Assembly (NCBI GenBank): GCA_051294375.1
Contig: CM119271.1
Location: forward strand, 7,069,632 to 7,133,631
Length of the DNA stretch: 64,000 nucleotides
From: Paraspadella gotoi
Lineage: Eukaryota; Animalia; Chaetognatha
Reading direction: 5' to 3'
Below are positions 56,155 to 64,000 of the stretch, piece after piece. The notes beneath the pieces were generated by a model. That model was not told where the DNA came from. It worked only from the letters and a program-made list of their open reading frames with translations, and made no database searches. A program made the translations under genes and the position numbers. How positions within the stretch are numbered: position 1 is the first letter of the stretch; each line of letters begins with the position of its first letter.

Positions 56155-59100
56155 TTAATCGTTCATTTATAAATTGATTGGTTCATTGATTGATTGATTG
56201 ATTGATTGAATATCTCTTCACCTGCAGTAGCCTTCTCGAATTCCTCCTCCTTCCCTCTGATTGGTTCTCCTCTTCCTCTATGATTTCCGCGTCGCGACGA
56301 CGGGACCCGGATGTAGGAGCAGATACGGAAGAGAAGCCGTCGATCTTTTGGGAGAGACGAGACAAGACAAGACAAGAAAAAAAAAAAGAGAAGAAAAAGA
56401 TAAAGTACGTAAAATAAGTAGACGCAAAGATGAGCACGAGTAAAGTAAGTAAAGTAAGTAAAGTAAGTCTCCAATATCGATCCCGCCCACTGCTTATTCT
56501 CCCCCCCCCCTCTTTCCCACCCAATAACGACTCACGCCGTGGAAGGGCGACGTAGGGTCTTTCGGAGGCGAAGCCGTCGTCGTCGCCTATAAAGTCGGCG
56601 TCGGAGCCGAGAGAACGGCGTCATATGCGGCGCCGCAAGCTCCGCCATGGCGCCGACTAACGGCGTCGCACCGCGGTGACTGGCGGCGCCGTAGCGGGCG
56701 GAGGCGCGTCGGCGACTCCGACGCTACCGCCGCGACGCCGGCGGAGCGGCGGGAAACCGTCGCGGCTGGGAAGGGGGGGGGAGGTTGTTGTAATTGGTTG
56801 TTGTTTTTTCTTGTTGGCTTTTTTTTGGTGACTTAAGGCAGTGATTAAGCAGTTTTCGTTGATTCAGAGATTTCAAATTATAAATTATTGAAAAGGATTG
56901 AATAATTGACCAATGAAAAACCCTAAACCGTAAATTCCGTCACTCAGATATCGTTACATCGAGAAAAACCAAGAACCTGAACTCGTGTTTCTGATCCACT
57001 TCTTCTCCGCGCTTTCAAAGTCTCCGCGCACTTTTGATGTTCGTGATGAGGGACACGTCGGCGGCCGTTGACCCGTCACGTCCTGAGACAGAGAATTGTA
57101 GACAATTTTACAAAAGTAGCATTACTTGAAATATTAAATTCCTTGTTCGGTTTATTAATTCAAATATAAATTCTTCGAGCGATTCTCCGATGATCGACGA
57201 AAATCTTACTCGATTCGTTAGTTAAACATTTAAAACCGTACTAAAGAAAACAGTAATAAAAATATCAATTAATTAGGGTCACTCCACCTTAATGAGCGGG
57301 TTGCAACCGTAGGCGAGTAGAGTCTTGATGCACTTTAGGTTCCCGTTCTCCGCAGCGTCGTGGAGTGGAGTGGAGCCGTAGAGGTCGCGGGAGCAGCGGG
57401 CGCCTGAGCGAGACGATGGAACGCCGTTGTTATTTTGATAATATTATTGTCCTCAGTTCTGCTTGTTGTCATTTTGCGTAGGGTTTATTTCTTGCCTTTG
57501 TTTAAATTGCCTCGACTTTCGCTTTACCTTTCCTCAGCAGCCAACTGAGGGGCGTGTTTCGCTCTAGCGGCGGCGTAGTGAATCGGCGTCGCCCCGTCTT
57601 CGTCTCGCTCCATTAGACTCGAGGTTTGCTGCAGCTGCTGCAGCTGCCGCATCTGACGGAGCTGTCATCCTGCTTCGGTTTCTATCGGTTGACGCGGGGG
57701 TTTGGAGGCGCGGTCGTCGTCTTCGTCGTCGTCGTCTTCGGCGTCGTCGTCGTCGTCGTCGCCTTTGGAACCGCTAGCCTGGTTCGCGGAAAAAGGGGGG
57801 ACGATATAGCTGGGATCAAGATTTCGTACAGCGTACTAACTCATTGCATATTGTCGCGTTTTGCCAAATGTTAACGGAATGGAAATTTCGAAATTATACT
57901 GCACATGTGTAATAGGCAAGTAAATATGACTGGTATATGGTCTTTAGGTCGGTCGATCGGTATTCTTAGTCTAAACTACTTTTTCGATTTAAGTTCCTTG
58001 TCCTTACTCCGGTTCGGCGTTTGGGTCGTTTTTGAAATGGCGTAACCTGTTATTTAAAAAAAAATAAGAAATTGGTTAATACAAGTAAATCATTTTTTTA
58101 TCATCTCATCTCATCACGATTCTTAATTATTTTAGTATTATGTCCTAATTTAAATTAATTGATTAAGTAATCACTGAATAATCGTCTATGACGTCGTATG
58201 TTGGATCGAACAAGGAATTGGACGTCGCCAAAGGCAGTCCTTAGATTTCTTGCTCTTCAATCGAGATTTTTTGCTTCTCTTGAAATCCTGTACAAATAGC
58301 ATTGGAAAATGATAGATAAGATAATAATAAATATTCAAACAAAGGATAACGAGGACGACTAGTGCCCTGCCGGCGACAAATTTTTGGGGCCTGTTCAACC
58401 ATGATATGAGTAATGAGTATATGAGTACGAGATACTTATAATAATCAAAGTCACGGAGCACAATAAGGCAAATTTTAAATCTTTTTCAACCAATTTTCGT
58501 TGTAAACACAGCTCGCAAGATGAGTCTAAAATATACCGGTGCCACCCGGTTATGATTTATTACTCGTTTACTTTGGCAACGACGTCTCGTGTATCCGATT
58601 TTACGTGTTAGACTTTTGGCAGCGTGATTGCCGAATGATCTAGTCCGATCTTCACTTGGACTTATTTTCCTGAGCGCCCCATTTCATTTAAATTCAAAAT
58701 TAAATTAATCTTAAATTAAAATTAAGATTATAATTTAGGACAAGATAAGATAAGGGTTAGGTTAGTAATAAGAGTAAGAAATATGGTTTTAAGGTTCAGG
58801 TTCAAAGATAAGATAAAGTTTAGGGCTAAAGATATAGATTAGGTTACAGGCTTTAATAATATTTATATAAATATTAAGTTAGGGATAAAGGAACGAACAT
58901 AGGCCTTTTTAGAAAAGAGACCCTTTTCTTCCATCTAACAATAACCTCAACTCGCTGTCAACCCCAATTTATCACTCACCACGCCCCTGACCACTTTTAT
59001 TCACAGGTGGAGTTTACCCCCGTTCACACTCTCTCCACGATGGGTCCATCGTCCCTCACTAGAGAGGAAGGAGAAGCCTCGGCAGCGGCAGAGGCAGCAG

Positions 59101-60548
59101 CAGCCCTTCATCCGTGAAAAGTTCACTGAAAAAAAAAGAGATAAAAAAATAATACATTAACACGAAATCCATTTCTTTTGTTCTGCAAAATTTTTTGGCT
59201 TCGTGGCTACGAACGATTTTCAATTCGGATGCGCGATCAGTACTTTTTTCTGACTAAACTTTGTTAACTTAGACTTTTAAAAACTCGTTGTGGTTTCCAC
59301 CACTGCCATCGACGATGGTCCTCTCCGGAGAATTTAAAATTTTTAAATTCATAATCCTAATTGCGCAAAGAGAGAGGTGAGGAAGAGAGAGAGAGAGAGA
59401 GAGAGAGAAGAGAGAAAGAGAGAGGAGACGAGAGAGAGAGAGAGAGAGAGAGTTGAGAGAGAAAAGGTCATCGCTTTTCGGAAAATCCCCATTGTTTGAA
59501 CAGAAACGCGGACGACTACAGCAACAACAGACAACAACAACAACCACCGACAGAAACTGCGAAAAGAAAAAACAAATTTTTTCTTCCCTTTTTTTTAAAA
59601 TTTCTTCGATTTAGTATTCCGCTGCGCAAAGAAATAAAAAAAAGTCGAAAAATAGAAAGTCGCTGCCAAATTCCCTTTTTTTTTTTTAATTGAGAGGAAG
59701 AAGGTGTTGAAAAAGGATTGTTTAAGAAAGTGGGATATAACGATGTGAAAAAATAAGCCTGGCGGAAGAAAAAGGTTGAAGGAGAAATAATAATAATAAC
59801 TTCGTGAATATGTAGGTTTGATATTTGATAGTAAGATAGACGAGTTCAAGTTTACGTACGATGTTGCATGTGCTTATTGACCGGCTGAATTACGTAGCTA
59901 CTGAACTTGAGTCAACAAATAAACTCAAACGTCACATTAGAGCTAGGCGACGTGCAACTCTTAACTAAATAAAACTGTAAAAAAGCTATATACTCTGAGC
60001 AGTCAAAAATTGTTACTTTTTTCGTTCCTTGTTGTATTTGGATCAATTCTCTCGCTGGTAAATTCAGAGTTCTCACGACGTTTTACGAGAAGCATATATG
60101 AATATTGTATAGTATATGTAATATAATGTAGAATAATGTATACCTCGTTTATTCCTTGTTCCGAGTCATCTCATCTGAATTTAATTTTAAATCTAAACCA
60201 AACGAGGAGGACAAATGGTTGCGGCGTCCGAAGAGAATATAGAGATTTAAATAGATTTAAAGCGATTAAAGTGATTTAAAAATCTCGCGTTCCTTTGTCA
60301 GATTCTGCACTCCGACTCGGAAAAAAACATTCTCATCATTTTACGACTTCCGCGATTGCGCGGAGAAAGTTGACGGCGGCGTAAAAGAGAGTAACAGAAA
60401 TGAGAAAAGATAACGGGATATAATTAATACGCAATTAGACTATTTTTTTTTTCTTTTTTCTGACGACTAAATGAATTTGAAAATATTGGGCGCTAAAAGA
60501 AGGAAGAAAGAAGAAAGAAAGAAAGAAAGAAAAGAAGAAAGAAAAAAA

Positions 60549-60580
<32 letters not shown>

Positions 60581-62670
60581 AGAAAGAATGAAAGAAAGAA
60601 AAGAAAGAAGGAAAGTGAGAACTAAAAAATAAATTAAAGATTACAAAAGATTATCACTCTCTTGCAACCTATTTAAAATTATCTACAAGACTTCTTTACT
60701 TTGCCTTCGTAAAGGACTCGGCGTCGAGCAAAAGAGGCCGGTGACGCCGGTGACGCCGTAAGCGATGTCACCTCCGCCGAGATATACTACTTCCGTCGCG
60801 CCGCTCGCTTCCAGATCAAGTGACAAAGTAATCCATAAATCGCGCGTTTGTGATTAGCTGGATCGCGATCGTCTTTATTCCGATGGCTAAAACCACCGCG
60901 ACGGTAATTCATAAAATTTTGACGCCGATTTACAACTGTTTCACTTTTAGGAGTAAATTCCACGGGGTTTTGAAGGCCAACCAAAGAAGATAAATGAAAA
61001 AAAAAACAAATTCTTGCAACGATGTCGCGATTCTCCACTTTTGAAGTACAACGCCAAAAAAAAAAGAGCGAATGAGACAGGAAAAAGAAGCGACGAGGAA
61101 AAATGAAAAAAAAATTTCCAGTTTCATCCGACGGCATTTTTGTTTCTTTTTCTTCGGACGATTCATTATCTGCCGTGCCCGACCGGCGCCGCTGCGGCGA
61201 CGCGCCGCCGCCACGCGTCAGACGTCCGAGGCGCGACGTTGCGGGTTCGAGGCCCGACGTTGGAAAGCTTTTCTACTCGCGCTATTAGGGAATATTAGGA
61301 ATAATGAAGAAAGAGAGGTTCTGACTGACCCGATCTCTCAGCTGTGAAGATTCTTCGCGTCTAGACGATAACCTCTTTATCTTTAATCCACAACAACCGA
61401 CTGAGCCTGATCTGACGTTCGGGTTACCAACTTGTTATCAATCTTTACGGCAAAATTGCAGATTCAATTGGACAGTATCGTTACAGACCAATTTTATTGA
61501 TGACGATGGAGTCAAAAGCGTGACCTCAGCTTTTTGTGTCTTTTCCCGAATGATCGATAATCTGTTGGGTTCAACTTTAAAATCATTTATGACAGAGTCC
61601 GACCCGAAACAGTAGATCTCAAAGTTTCATCATTTAATTTCTATTTTCTTAACTTGGTTTTAATCAACCTTGGATACTACAAAACAGCTGACGACGGGCG
61701 GAATGATGCAACGGGCTATCCATTAGACCAATAAAAAAATATACAATGACGCTTACATTAATTAACCAAAAAAGCAAGAGATACAATGAAGCCTACATTC
61801 GCTCTGAGATTTGGGTGCGAAACGAGACGTCCGTGTCGCTAGATGCGAACACCAACAAAAAAAAAAGTATACACTTAAAAAATTTATACAAGAGACGCGG
61901 AATGTGGAACGAGTAAATCAACAGCTAAATGACCTGCTTGTTTCACTTGAACGTGTATAAGCTCTTTATGTAGTTAAGACATATTAGCGTCGTTCACATA
62001 CGTTAACGATCTTTTTTCGTACATCATTAACCAAATTGGCAAATCGGCTTGATGCAAGGTCTCTCCTCTGTCAGAAATACACTTTTTTCTCTTCTCTCCT
62101 TCATCTGTCTGTCCTCTCCCTTTTCCTCTCTCGCTCTCGCTCTCTCGCTCTCTCTCGTTCCTCCGTTGAACCCAAAAGTAGTCGTTTCAGCCCGATCTTT
62201 GCCGTCGAAAAGGAAGACAACTTATTTTAATTACTTTTTGCGCCATTCTCGCAAATTGGTTTTGTGTTCACAATTTTTTTTTTTTTTTTTTTTTAATGAT
62301 TTTCGGGTCGAAATAGAGAAAACTATTATAGTAATTATATGCGCATACATAGTAATCCTGTATCGGGGGGGTTTCCATATTTCCTTGTAGTACTTCCCTA
62401 ATCCGAGCGAACTTTGCATTAAATAGATTTAGCTTTATGATTTGAATTCGGAACATACGATCATCCGAAATATTTTGAAAAAAAAAAAAAAAAAAATACA
62501 AAAAAACTGAAAGAAAAGAAAAGAAGGAAAAGCCGAAGGCACAAATTTTTTTTCTTCAACATCGAGCAGGTTTTCGCATTTTGTCTCGTTTCTTCACTTA
62601 CTGTTATGCCTCGGATCACGAGCCTCCTCTCCGAGGTACGGCCCACGCCGGCCCTGGCCTCCGCATCCGG
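55800..62670 (-). pseudogene. Frameshifted mirror copy of the espin-like gene (likely artefactual rather than a true pseudogene)
   Basis: The same exons appear in reverse complement with multiple single-base deletions in coding sequence, for example around 57400 and 57550. Confidence 0.45.
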
Positions 62671-63133
62671 GGACCGTCGCCACCGCACTGCGCGGCAAGG
62701 ATGACCGCTCCTGGATCTTCAGAATCCACCCGCCACCGTTTAAGCGTGTCTGGGCGTTGAAACGGTTCCATCATGCATTCCATCTGCTGTCCTCATCGGG
62801 TGTGGCATTAATGCGCCGGCACTAATCGTCCTGAGCGAATTGCATCTATCATCGTTGGAAGCTTTTGATCAGCAACTATTACGACTCAAGTCTCAATATC
62901 AGAGACGGGATAGCGCGCCGATGAGTCTTGATAAAATAGAGAGAGAGAAATACAGATAAGAGAGAATGACAGATAGGAGAGTGAAGAGAGAGTTGACTGG
63001 TGAAGTGAAATCGTAAAAGTCCATCACCAGAATCGATTTCATGACGTCGGCGATAATGGGGAAAAAACACTTCATTATTAGAGCAATAGTACAGCGAAAA
63101 CGGCAATGAGAGAGAGAGAGAGAGAGAAAGAGA

Positions 63134-63180
<47 letters not shown>

Positions 63181-64000
63181 GAGAGAAGAGAGAGAGAAGG
63201 ACTTTTCTACCGAAAATGTCAACGGAATTCGCCGACCCAAGGAGCGGAAAAAAACGGCGTGAAATTGCGAGAATAAAAATTTAATTGGAATTCGGCACCA
63301 AAAAAAATTAAAGGGGGAGGACAGCGCGAGAGGAAAACCAAACAAAGGAAAAAACGAAATTTTTTGGTCAGTTTTTTTCTAATTTTTTGGTCAGTTTGAC
63401 CAAAAGACGGGGATCGTCTGCCATCAGCTGTAGTTTGGTCGGTTGTTTAACAAATCTTAAAAGGATGACCTTCAAGATCTAACCTTCGACGGATAATTTT
63501 CTTAAATATTATATCACTATCCAATTTGTGTCAGATTTATTTTTAAACCGTGTGAACGCATTATTTGTTCTTATATTTTGAATAATAGAAGTAATTATCG
63601 TTAATAGTATCGATTATATTTCGCCACAAATTATAAGTTACTTTACCCAGCATCTAAACTCTTTCAAATTTCCGCATCTGAGTCAAAAATTACGGTTCAT
63701 AATAGTTATTTTGATTTTTGCATTTCCTTGGGTTTGGCGTAATCCGCCAATATTGTCGAGCAAACAAACCTTTGATCAGCCAGGATCTTTTTTTTTTTTA
63801 AACAGAATCTTTATGCATTTTAAATGTTAAACAAATGGTCTCGAATGTCGGGCACTCATCTTTTTTAAAACGAGATATAAACGAGAAATAAAAACTACTA
63901 CTGCAACAAACCATTTCTTTTCCATTCATCGTGACTTTTTTCTCACAGACGTTTTCGAGAATCGAGAACGGTTCTTTTTGAAGTCGCCGACACTGGATGC

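Overview
Gene-dense, intron-rich invertebrate (metazoan) genomic DNA with AT-rich introns and mostly CpG-rich exons. Left to right: TULP4 (minus strand, continuing past position 1), whose largest visible intron appears to contain an intronless, divergent Musashi-like 2xRRM gene with a hexapeptide-repeat tail plus nested transposon relics. Then tRNA-Thr(TGT), MASK/ANKHD1-ANKRD17 (minus; about 29 small exons, then one 5.4-kb terminal coding exon), ABHD2 (plus), an LDB/Chip gene (plus) and an espin/forked-like ankyrin gene with several candidate first exons (plus). The last 8.4 kb is an indel-ridden reverse-complement copy of 47094-55567 joined across a 25-N gap, most likely an assembly or long-read fold-back artefact. 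The best biological leads are the nested Musashi-like retrogene, the intron-free 3' half of MASK, and a dual-frame exon in the espin-like gene. All gene models were built by hand from the sequence and remembered family motifs; no searches were run.
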